The notes beneath the pieces are model-generated. The model did not search any database. It was not told the origin of the DNA and was given only the letters and a program-made list of their open reading frames with translations. From assembly GCA_964019425.1 (NCBI GenBank), contig OZ025780.1:1-64000 (forward strand): 64,000 nucleotides of DNA, written 5' to 3'. Source of the DNA: Flectonema sp. DT1601 (Eukaryota). Made by a program: the position numbers and the translations under genes. This document shows, piece after piece, positions 35,884-45,379 of the stretch; the stretch's first letter is position 1, and each line of letters begins with the position of its first letter.

Positions 35884-36605
35884 TCCAGCCTGGGACTGTA
35901 CAGGAACAAAAATCAATTGAAGGCCGATCTGTCGTTGAGAACGGTGTCCGACCTGGGACTGTACAGGAACGTAAAACTATTGCAAGTCGATCTGTCAGAG
36001 AGAACACCGTCCGACCTGGGACTGTACAGGAACGCAAATCAATTACAAATCGATCTGTCAGCGGGAACTCCGTCCAACCTGGGACTGTACAGGAACGCAA
36101 ATCAATTACAAGTCGATCTGTCAGTGGGAACTCCGTCCGACCTGGGACTGTACAGGAACGCAAATCAATTACAAGTCGATCTGTCAGTGGGAACTCCGTC
36201 CAACCTGGGACTGTACAGGAACGCAAATCAATTACAAGTCGATCTGTCAGTGGGAACTCCGTCCGACCTGGGACTGTACAGGAACGCAAATCAATTACAA
36301 GTCGATCTGTCAGTGGGAACTCCGTCCAACCTGGGACTGTACAGGAACGCAAATCAATTACAAGTCGATCTGTCAGTGGGAACTCCGTCCGACCTGGGAC
36401 TGTACAGGAACGCGAATCAATTACAAGTCGATCTGTCAGTGGGAACTCCGTCCAACCTGGGACTGTACAGGAACGCAAAAATATTACAAGCCGATTCCTC
36501 AAGGAGAACGGTGTCCAACCTGGGGCTGTGCAGGAACGCAAATCAATTGAAAGTCGATATGTCAACGAGAACTCCGTCCGACCTGGGACGGTACAGGAAC
36601 GCAAT
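35884..36605 (+). repeat. 60-bp tandem repeat (about 12 copies) between gag and the YR core
   Basis: Reads PGTVQERKSITSRSVSGNSV in the pol frame and SDLGLYRNANQLQVDLSVGTP in the YR frame. Confidence 0.95.
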
Positions 36606-37626
36606 TCATCCTCGAGAAGATCCATCAACAACAAGACAAGTATCCACATTGTACGGGAGCGAAGTTCAATTAGACCAGCACAATGTGGTGGGGAACATCA
36701 TTCTGCAGATGTTGTCGAAGGGGGACCAGAATGGAAGGGGGCACCCAGAGGACAAGATAACCGAGATCGAGGCAACCGAACGCTTGTCAGAGACAATGCA
36801 GGAGATGTGGGCAGGGAAGACCACATCAGGCAGAAGGAACCTTTGGAAGAGATTTCTGAAGTGGGGGCAGGAAAGGAATCTGCAAATCGACCACAGCTCG
36901 GGAGTTCTGTTTGTGATGGCTACAGGGGTGTCACCACAGGGCCTCCTGACATATACAAAGATGCTGTCCGCGGTGATGGGAAAAATGGGCATGCCAAACG
37001 GCCAATTGCTGAGCCTAGCTGCAGCTTTAAGGGCAGCAGGGGCAGCAATACCAACACAGCAGGCTGTACCGATGATCAAAAACGACCTGCTCGAGTGGGC
37101 AGCAGCACAGAAGGATTGCAGAACCTGGTTGGCAGTACTGGTAGCATGGAAGACTGCGTCCAGATGGGCCGAGGTAGCAGCACTGACACGCAGCCAGTTT
37201 ATACACGTGACCGAAGACGAGATCATAATAGATTGGTTTACCACCCCAAAAGGGAAGAGGGCGAACCCTTTCTCGCCAAGTCGATGGGCGGTGATTCAGG
37301 GATCACTGACGGAAGGAATCTTCGAGTTGTTGCAGGGAATGGGCCACTTCGAAAGTTTACACCCGTGGGACACATCAAGCCTGGTGAAAGAATTCAGAAA
37401 GGACCCCAGCATGAAGCAGTACACGGCACACTCCATAAAGAGAGGTGCGATCAGCCACTTGATGCAGGTCTTGGCAGAGGGTCATCCTATCCCAGAAGAG
37501 CTCATAAGCAGATTAGCAAAGCACAAAACAATATCACCTCTTTCGGACGTAACCCTGAGGTATGGAGGGGACCAAGTCGCAATGGCAAGGGCACTGAGGA
37601 CACAGATTGTTACCTCCCTCCTTTAG
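35917..37626 (+). CDS. Tyrosine recombinase of element 3 with a repetitive N-terminal extension
   Basis: SRWAEV, HSIKRG, LAKHK and VTLRY motifs. The frame is intact. Confidence 0.9.
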   Translation: MKADLSLRTVSDLGLYRNVKLLQVDLSERTPSDLGLYRNANQLQIDLSAGTPSNLGLYRNANQLQVDLSVGTPSDLGLYRNANQLQVDLSVGTPSNLGLYRNANQLQVDLSVGTPSDLGLYRNANQLQVDLSVGTPSNLGLYRNANQLQVDLSVGTPSDLGLYRNANQLQVDLSVGTPSNLGLYRNAKILQADSSRRTVSNLGLCRNANQLKVDMSTRTPSDLGRYRNAIHPREDPSTTRQVSTLYGSEVQLDQHNVVGNIILQMLSKGDQNGRGHPEDKITEIEATERLSETMQEMWAGKTTSGRRNLWKRFLKWGQERNLQIDHSSGVLFVMATGVSPQGLLTYTKMLSAVMGKMGMPNGQLLSLAAALRAAGAAIPTQQAVPMIKNDLLEWAAAQKDCRTWLAVLVAWKTASRWAEVAALTRSQFIHVTEDEIIIDWFTTPKGKRANPFSPSRWAVIQGSLTEGIFELLQGMGHFESLHPWDTSSLVKEFRKDPSMKQYTAHSIKRGAISHLMQVLAEGHPIPEELISRLAKHKTISPLSDVTLRYGGDQVAMARALRTQIVTSLL

Positions 37627-38973
37627 AGAGAGATGTTATTAGAAAGATAGGAGCAGGTTTCACACATCGTTCCAAGAGCACCCGCATTCCCACTACTGCT
37701 GAGGAGATTGCCTCACCTCCCCATGTTGCCTCAACTGAAACTATGGATCTTGAGATGGTTCAAGACAGAATGCATCCAGCGATCTTGGAGAGGTTCAAGC
37801 ATGTCTTGTCTTTAACGTTCCCTGTATTAAAGGAGAGAATGAACCGAGTTAGAAGGAAGAAATCACGTTTCAGCTCGGAACACGCAGAAGAATTGGTAAA
37901 CTGTGGGATTGCGGTACCTGTTAGCACGGCCCCTTTGTCTGAGAACATACCTTTTACAGTGTATGAGGAGAGGGAGACTGGGAACAGGCAACGCTTCATT
38001 TTATGGACGCGAGAAGCAAATGAAAACCTGACAGATTTTGGATATGAGCCGAATGTCCCACTAAAACATATCTCATACTACTTGGATGCAGTTCGTTCTG
38101 AGGTGGCTTCATGCAGGGATTTCAAGACTGGTTTCTTTCAGATCCAAATACCAGAACAGTCACAGAAGTTCTTTACATTTTTCGATTCATCTGGAAGGAC
38201 CTTTGCTTTGACACGATTGCCAATGGGACATGTTTGTGCACCGGAAATCATGAACACCATTGCAGCAGTTGTGGCCGGTGATCCAATGTTTGTGAGGGAG
38301 GAGTTTGCTGAGAAACATGTTGGTATTCATTGGTGGATTGACAACATAAGGTTGTTTGGTAAGAAGGAAGATGTAGAGGCGGCGACAAGAAGAATGGATG
38401 GATTTGCTAAGGAAGCGAGAGTAACATGGAAGCCCAGTGACACAGTGAACTTGTCGCAGGATTATGAATTTCTGGGTGTTTCGTTCTCTCTCACTGTGAT
38501 GAGGTCGTTTCTTTAGGTTCTAAGATTAAGAGGAAGATTTCAACGTGTGTTCTATCAGGTTTGAGTGCATCACAGCTTGAATCGCTGGGGGGCCGCCTTC
38601 TACATGCGAGTGCCATCGTGGGGGTCTCACCTGGAAAGTATTGGTTTGCCCTGAAGTACATGCGCAGGATCACAAACCGCCTGAACTACGGCTCTATACA
38701 GGTGCAGATGGATATGGCAATTCTTTATTACAGCTCGATCACTTCTTTCTCTCACACTCACGTTTTCGAAGCCCACCCTCCTCACCCCTCCACCCCGTGG
38801 TGGAGCTGAGTCCAACGAAAACGGACTTCAGTTACCCCGCCGCAGCGAGCCACCTTGAACCAGGGTGTTCTTGCAATCGCGCGTTCTAGTGTAATCGCTT
38901 GTTATTGGTGTGTGTGTAGTTTTTTAAGTTTTATTATTTCGACAGGTGCAAAGCATGGAAGGACAATTACCTG

Positions 38974-39378
38974 GTAATTGTCCTTCCATGCTTTGCACCT
39001 GTCGAAATAATAAAACTTAAAAACTACACACACACCAATAACAAGCGATTACACTAGAACGCGCGATTGCAAGAACACCCTGGTTCAAGGTGGCTCGCTG
39101 CGGCGGGGTAACTGAAGTCCGTTTTCGTTGGACTCAGCTCCACCACGGGGTGGAGGGGTGAGGAGGGTGGGCTTCGAAAACGTGAGTGTGAGAGAAAGAA
39201 GTGATCGAGCTGTATAAAGAATTTCTTTTTGAAAAAATAGAAGGCTAAAGAATATATAAAAAATGTCTGTTGTTTTGTTCATTTTTCCAACTTCGGAATC
39301 ATACACTTTTCTGTCTGATTCCTTTGATTATTTCTTTCCGGTGCTAAGCTTGGTGGAAAATTACCTGAATGAATTCTA
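38974..39378 (-). mobile_element. Inverted solo A-B copy of the element 3 termini
   Basis: Reverse complement of 34294-34491 joined to 38763-38970. Confidence 0.85.
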
Positions 39379-39513
39379 GGAATAAAAACAGACGTGACTT
39401 GGTTGTAAAAATAATGTTTGTTCAGAAAGCTTAAAAAAAAAAAGTTGTGTGCGAGCAACGCGAGCCTGGAAGGGGTATCTCTAGTGCGGGTTTGCGGGTT
39501 TGCAGGTTTGCGG

Positions 39514-39970
39514 TTGTTATTGGTGCGTGTGTAGTTTTTAAGTTTTATTATTTCGACAGGTGCAAAGCATGGAAGGACAATTACTAGAATTCATTCGGTA
39601 GGGTTAGGTAATTTTCCACCAAGGAATCAGACAGAAAAGCGTATGATTCCGAAGTTGGAAAAATGAACAAAACAACAGACATTTTTTATATATTCTTTAG
39701 CCTTCTATTTTTCAAAAGAAATTCTTTATACAGCTCGATCACTTCTTTCTCTCACACTCACGTTTTCGAAGCCCACCCACCCCTCCACCCCGTGGTGGAG
39801 CTGAGTCCAACGAAAACGGACTTCAGTTACCCCGCCGCAGAGCCACCTTGAACCAGGGTGTTCTTGCAATCGCGCGTTCTAGTGTAATCGCTTGTTATTG
39901 GTGCGTGTGTAGTTTTTAAGTTTTATTATTTTGACAGGTGCAAAGCATGGAAGTATAGGAAGGACAATTA
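39514..39970 (+). mobile_element. B(partial)-A-B terminal remnant of the element 3 family; another B fragment at 40110-40230
   Basis: ggacaattac joined to tagaattcattc, followed by A and B sequence. It follows degenerate 8-mer repeats at 39485-39513. Confidence 0.8.
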
Positions 39971-40064
39971 TCATATTCAGTGAACAGCGAAAAAAAAAAA
40001 ATTCTTTTACTGAATAGCGAAAATGGAATTATTGGACCCCCCAATAGCGAAAATCTCTAGATAA

Positions 40065-40110
40065 ATTAAACACTGCCATTTGCAAGGTTCCCAAGGGTTT
40101 GCAGGTTTGC
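40065..40110 (-). mobile_element. Terminal fragment of the element 2 family, joined to GGGTTTGC
   Basis: actgccatttgcaaggttcccaa-GGG-tttgc matches 17536-17560. Confidence 0.75.
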
Positions 40111-40499
40111 CACCTTGAACCTGAAAGGGTGTTCTTGCAAGTGCGTTCTAGTATAATCGCTTGTTTTTGGTGCATGTGTAGTTTTTAAGTTTTATTATTT
40201 CGACAGGTGCAAAGTATGGAAGGACAATTACTTCTATGGTTCAGGGTTTTGCCTTCCCAAAAGATAGTGGAAGGCAAAACCCTGGAACAGAAGTACCACA
40301 TCAAGAAGATAAAAATGGGCAACTTGAGAAAGAGGAACCGAGAAGGAACGAAGGAGGGAGCAGTAGACACAAAATTTAATGTCTGTTGCAAAAAGCTTTG
40401 GCAGAAGATTATTGTTTTTAAGTTCACTTTGCGTTTTCTAAAAAAAACTGAATGAAACAGAGAAAATTAAAATTAACAGAGAGCAAGAACAACAGAAAA

Positions 40500-40957
40500 G
40501 ATTAAAGGCCAAAAAGCCTGATACAGGGAATAAAAACAGAGGTGACTTGGTCGTAAATAAGGTTGTTCAAAAAGATAAAAATGGGTAACATGAAATAAGC
40601 GGCTACCGTGGGCTTTTTTATAGTATTGGGGATTTTCTGGGTTCCAAGGAAAAAAACTTCTTATTTTGGATGTGTGAACCTGCACTTTTCGATACCCACT
40701 GACAGCTGTTTTTTTGTTTGGAGATCCAAAAAAGGAAAGGCCAAAAAGCCTAATACAGGGAATAAAAACAGAGGTGGCTTAGTTGTAAAATAAGGTTGTT
40801 CAGAAACATGGGAAACTTGAAATTAGCCAGCTTGCTATAACCTAGCCATCGTTTTCATTTTTGCATACTTAAGCAAAGGAATAAACAAGTTTAATTCAGA
40901 AAAACAAAAAATAAATAACTTTGAGCAAAGCGAGCCTGGAAGGGTAAGTATCTCTTG
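40500..40957 (+). mobile_element. Degenerate Helitron-like 3' end fragment
   Basis: cagggaataaaaacag blocks and gcgagcctggaaggg..tatctcttg, followed by tgcaggtt repeats. Confidence 0.55.
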
Positions 40958-41338
40958 TGCAGGTTTGCAGGTTTGCGTGTTCTTTAACTCCCGTGGTGGT
41001 GGTGGTGCCGGTGTCCCAATCCTAAGACCAAACACACACTCGATCCAACTAACTTCATCCACTTGACAAGTTCCAACATCTATTATCTCTACCTGTGCTT
41101 GGAAAAATGAAAATACTTCGCATTGTCTTGTCCTCATGTTATTTATCAAAAAGCAAAAAAGAAAAAAGAAAAAGGGTTGTTGTAATCTCTCTTCAAATAA
41201 CTAGGAGTAGACAGTTGTAAAAATCTAAAGGCTGAATAACCAGCATTGCAAACGGTCTTTATTTAATCATGTTTCTTTCTAAGTGTTTAACAGCTCTGTA
41301 TGGTGATTTGGGATGGGTCTAAATGTCTATTTGTTTAA

Positions 41339-43066
41339 CCCTTTAAGCCCTGAGGGCCACTATAGTGGCCTTTCGCGTTTTTTTTTTTTTGACAAAGGGG
41401 AAAAATGTACCTTGTGAGTACAAGGGTGGAGCCAGAGCTGCCCAAAAACGACAAATTTTATGTGGGATCGTGCTGCAAAAATCACCAGCTTTTTCTGAGA
41501 AAAAGTTCATTTTTTTTTTTCTGCACTGGGAACAGTCTTAGCCAGGTTGCCCATGACTATCCCATGTTTTCAGCCAAAAATTAAAATCCCTAAAACTATT
41601 TCCATCGAAAATGATTCAGTAGGGTCACCTATCCCAGATTCGGGTGCTCCTGAGTCTTCTTCGAGCGATGAAAAGAGTACAATAGAGCCAAGCATTTCCC
41701 CTCTGAAATGGAGCAAGAAAATCACCAAGGTAAGACGACACACGTTTCGGCGGTCCTTGCAGGACATGTCAGACCTGAAATTGATGAAGGAACTGCAGAA
41801 ATTTGAACTTGTGTTCACCCCAAAGGTGATGAGATGATTTCGCACTGCAGCAACAACTAGGCACTCAATCTTAACGTAGCTGAACTCAAACTCTCTTTAG
41901 GACTCAATATCCTCGTGGGTCTCTGTGATAAGCCAAATATCTCAGATTACCCTAAGATTACAGGAACGGTACATCAGACCCAGCGTACACACCCCACTTC
42001 GCTTCCTGAGATCGGTTCCTCTAAATTCGAACCAATCTAAAGTTTTACACTGTCACCAACCCCGTACCTACTGACAAGCTCTACAAAATCCGCAGCTTTT
42101 GGGAAACAATAGTTCCCAAATAGTCCGAGATCAATAAGGCGGAGGCGCAGGGACGGGTGGAGAAGTTCTCTGCCTCGTACTTTCAGTCCTAGCACAATGT
42201 GCATCACATAAATTCAGGGACAATCCAAAAGAAGTACATGTCTTCAGCACATTGCCTCTCGAGGAGAATTATGAGACAGCCACGTGATGGACTAAAATAA
42301 GGAAATCTATCAAAAAGTGACTATCGACTTACCGGTACAGATCCATCAGTACAACAAACTGATGGGTGGTGTTGACCTTGTAGACGGTATCAGGGGGAAG
42401 GCAAGAAGAACTCTGATGACAAAACGCTGGACCCTGAAAGTCTTTCACTACTTGTTAGAGATTTCTATCTTCAATGTTTTCACCCTCCAAAAGAAGTCTG
42501 AAAAAGACGTCGGGACATATGCTCAGTTCAAAAAGAGGCTATGTTCTCAACTTATTGATCACGGAACACACCAAACTCACACAAAATGTCACTACCTACG
42601 AAAATTTGATATTTTTGGGGACTGCAGTTCACGGATTTGTTCTCAAAAAAAGTAAGGTCATCGATTTCTTGTTCAAAAAGCGAGGTTTTCTTATGCATGG
42701 ATCCCTGCTTCGAACAATATCACGAAAATATTGACAAGTATTCAGCCCCTGTTTGCAACAACCATACCTTTGCTACACACAATCATATCCCACCGAAAAA
42801 CATGAAACGGAAGCACTCTACTCCTACAACATTGCCAAAATCAAAGCGAACTCAGGGGTCCTAAGTAACAGTGTTTTTTTAGGCTGTTGTTGCATTTTCT
42901 CAAGTTATTTTGGCCCCCTTGCGGGCTGACCTCAGTTTTTTTTCAATGCGCGGGGGGGTGTCTTTCACCCTGTAATTTTTTTGTATTCTTCCCCACACCC
43001 CTTTTCCCCTTTGTCAAATTTTTCGATTTTTCTCAAAAACAGGGTTTTTGGCCTCTTATTAGAGGG
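41339..43066 (+). mobile_element. Decayed piggyBac transposon
   Basis: TTAA|CCCTTTAA ... TTAGAGGG|TTAA ends, with transposase remnants inside. Confidence 0.85.
41553..42864 (+). pseudogene. piggyBac transposase pseudogene
   Basis: YNKLMGGVDLVD, KRWTLKVFHYLLEISIFN and a C-terminal Cys-rich CSKSEVFLCMDPCFEQYH. Many stops and frameshifts. Confidence 0.85.
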
Positions 43067-43620
43067 TTAAAACAAAAAGGGTACAGGAGCTACTGTGGAG
43101 TCTTCTTTTTCTTCCTGTTCGTGCGCTTCCTAGATCCCCTTTTCTTGACTGTCCCCCTAGTGCTGGGACTGCGAGCAGGTGTCTGGGATGTTGATGCGGG
43201 AGATCAAGGAGTTGGAGAAGGAGCAAGTGGCGACCAAGTTACAATAACCACCAAGACAAGTAGCACGACAGTATTCAACTCCGTGTTTCCTGTCCTACTT
43301 GTCGAAGTTCAGTCAGCAAAAGACAGCAAAATATGGCAAAGCCCATTTACAGCTGGCGCTTTACACCATGTCAACCTTGACCAGCCTATGGCCTGTATTC
43401 CCATGTGGCTGAAAGGGACTGTAGAGATTCCCAATAAAGATTGTGTTAAGAAAAAGCATGCAGCTGATATTAAACTTATGAAAGGTAATATAAAGAACGC
43501 GCTCGAGCCAACTAACCTAAATCCACTAGCGCAATTCAGTGATTACCCCACCTCTATAAGCAAAGGAAATCTAATTATAAACGGAGTGGACTACACAATG
43601 TCAGCGGGCTAATAAGTCTA

Positions 43621-43896
43621 TTGACACGGAACGTTAATAATTCAGGAAGTCCGGAACAGCTGTCTAAATTATATGGAGCATTGAAAACTTATTTAGAAAT
43701 TGCAACTGACACTGGAGTCGTTAATAATACAAAGGTGGGGTCTACAATTAGGGCGTCTGGAACTGGTCTCATGTTGTTCCCTGATATGAAGTCCATTGCG
43801 AATAAGCTCAATATCCTGATAGGGGAAATGGAGGCTGGTAATTACTTGCTGATGAAAAAGCCGCTTTCACCTGAAGAACATAAAGCAACTAACACT
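43621..43896 (+). pseudogene. Polinton/adintovirus-like conserved gene fragment
   Basis: GTGLMLFPDMKSIANKLNILIGEMEAGN resembles, from memory, the L..RL.LL..S..AGN motif of Polinton/adintovirus genes near the capsid genes. Confidence 0.4.
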
Positions 43897-44614
43897 ATGA
43901 CCAAATCTATCCAAGTTAGTTCAACCCTCACGGACTTCTATTGTGACATCCAACCACCGATCCTGAAAAAGAATACGATCTCACCCTAATCAATGCATCA
44001 ATGTACTATTCCTGGACAAATATATCGGTGAACCAAGGCAACAATGTCTTCCATTATAATGATGGTGCATCCAATCACATTGTTGTTATAAAAGATGGCA
44101 ACTGAACAATCGGTGAACTCAATAATCTGCTACCAACCCAGATCACAATTGCTCCGGTATTTGCGACTCAATCGATTCAGATTCTGATCACGGCCCCATA
44201 CGCAATGGCATTCCCAGATAATAGTCCTTACAAGCTTCTCGGCTTCAACCTGAATGAGATTGAGAATGAGAATGAGATAATAAACGCCCCAGTCAACGTG
44301 CCCCAATCGGGCAGACATAACAATCAAACATCAAATTACAAACGGAATCGATAACGTCCTGATACATTGTGAGCTAGTGAATGATGAAAACGCTTTTCTA
44401 AACGGCTTACAATCCAATCTTATACACCATCGGTGCCATGAATATCCAACCTGGAACATACTTCAATGCTGTAAACGATAACAACATATACTCACTAGCG
44501 CTTAATACTATTAAGGTATCGCGTTGTAGAATATGGTTGACCGATCAAGACAACCGAGAAATAAACAACATGGGTGAACGGGCTTCCTATACCATTTTAA
44601 TTACCGAGAAGTAA
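43897..44614 (+). pseudogene. Minor capsid protein (penton)-like pseudogene, Polinton/adintovirus type
   Basis: Manual translation across frameshifts gives LINASMYYSWTNISVNQGNNVFHY..KDGN*TIGELNN, CELVNDENAFLNG and IWLTDQDNREINNMGERASYTILI. Confidence 0.65.
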
Positions 44615-44833
44615 AAATTTGTGCGCCACAATATATACAATGAAGATTAGAAAACTAACATCCAATTCGATTTGTGGTGCGATATGGTTAAACGATCTGG
44701 GAATCGAAGCTTCTGGCCCTGATATATCGACCATTCTTAGCAATTTAAACCTCAAGGTCGGTAGTGGTCTTGTGAGAATCTGAATTATTAAACGAATTAT
44801 TCTTTTGCACAATACAATATATACTACGAAACT

Positions 44834-45379
44834 ATGACAACACTTGAAAACGCATTTGAATTTCACGAGCGAGGCTTGAAGGATGTAATGGAAGATACAA
44901 TGGAGGGGTATCGATACCAAACGTTACATGATTCACAGCATGGATCCAGAGTATCAAACACATTCACTCCGAGTGGCATCAACTCTGCTGAGCGTAAATT
45001 TATTAGATCACATGACAGGGGGTCAGTTCTCATACTGCATTTGGCAAAGGTTAGGATGTCATTTAAGATTGTAAAGAACAATGCTGCATATGGCTATGCA
45101 GACCTAATCAACACTGATCACGTTACTCTATCGTCAGATGCCAAAACCATGTTCTCTAGACGAGAATTGAGAATTGGTGGCAAAACCGTAGAAGATGTAG
45201 ATAATATGGCAGTCGAAAAAGTAGTAGATACTCTCATGAATTATTCCTTGGAGTACGAAAAGACTGCTGGATCGAATCAATTTATCTACCCACATCACAC
45301 CTTGTCTCTGCGGTCACCTTCTGGTGGCACAGTCTCGCTTACAATAGTCCAATTTAGACCTTCCTTTTTTAGCTCATGA
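44834..45379 (+). pseudogene. N-terminal fragment of a major capsid protein (hexon, double jelly-roll), Polinton/adintovirus type
   Basis: DTMEGYRY..., VTLSSDAKTMFSRRELRIGGKTVEDVDN and LMNYSLEYEKTAGSNQFIY follow the MCP N-terminal pattern. It lies just after the penton-like gene. Confidence 0.65.

Larger units (their letters stand above)
35832..38715 (+). pseudogene. Pol (RT) of element 3, frameshifted near 38490 and truncated before RNase H
   Basis: RDFKTGFFQI, RLPMGHVCAPE, WWIDNI and YEFLGV motifs. The continuation LESLGGRLLHAS...PGKYWFALK is in another frame. Confidence 0.88.
34294..38970 (+). mobile_element. YR retrotransposon 3 (gag-YR-RT); RNase H, B1 and most of A2 are deleted
   Basis: A repeat at 34294-34491, then the ORFs, then partial A (38719-38762) plus B ending ggacaattac. 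Confidence 0.88.
27508..39484 (+). mobile_element. Non-autonomous Helitron-like unit, copy 3 (expanded minisatellites, interrupted by YR element 3)
   Basis: TCTCCTATATAAT ... TCTCTAG followed by TGCGGGTT. The unit sequence resumes at 39379 after the insertion. Confidence 0.65.

Noticed and set aside
35852..36649. 265-aa antisense ORF over the 60-bp repeat
   Set aside because: Explained by the repeat lacking stops on that strand. No counterpart in elements 1 and 2.
34294..39378. Element 3 as a DIRS-type element with inverted terminal repeats
   Set aside because: The right-hand inverted copy is a separate solo A-B unit. The B-A-B remnant at 39514-39970 indicates split direct repeats.
42887..43612. 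241-aa ORF as a single real gene
   Set aside because: It crosses the piggyBac right end at 43066, so it is chimeric. Only the 3' part may belong to the viral remnant.
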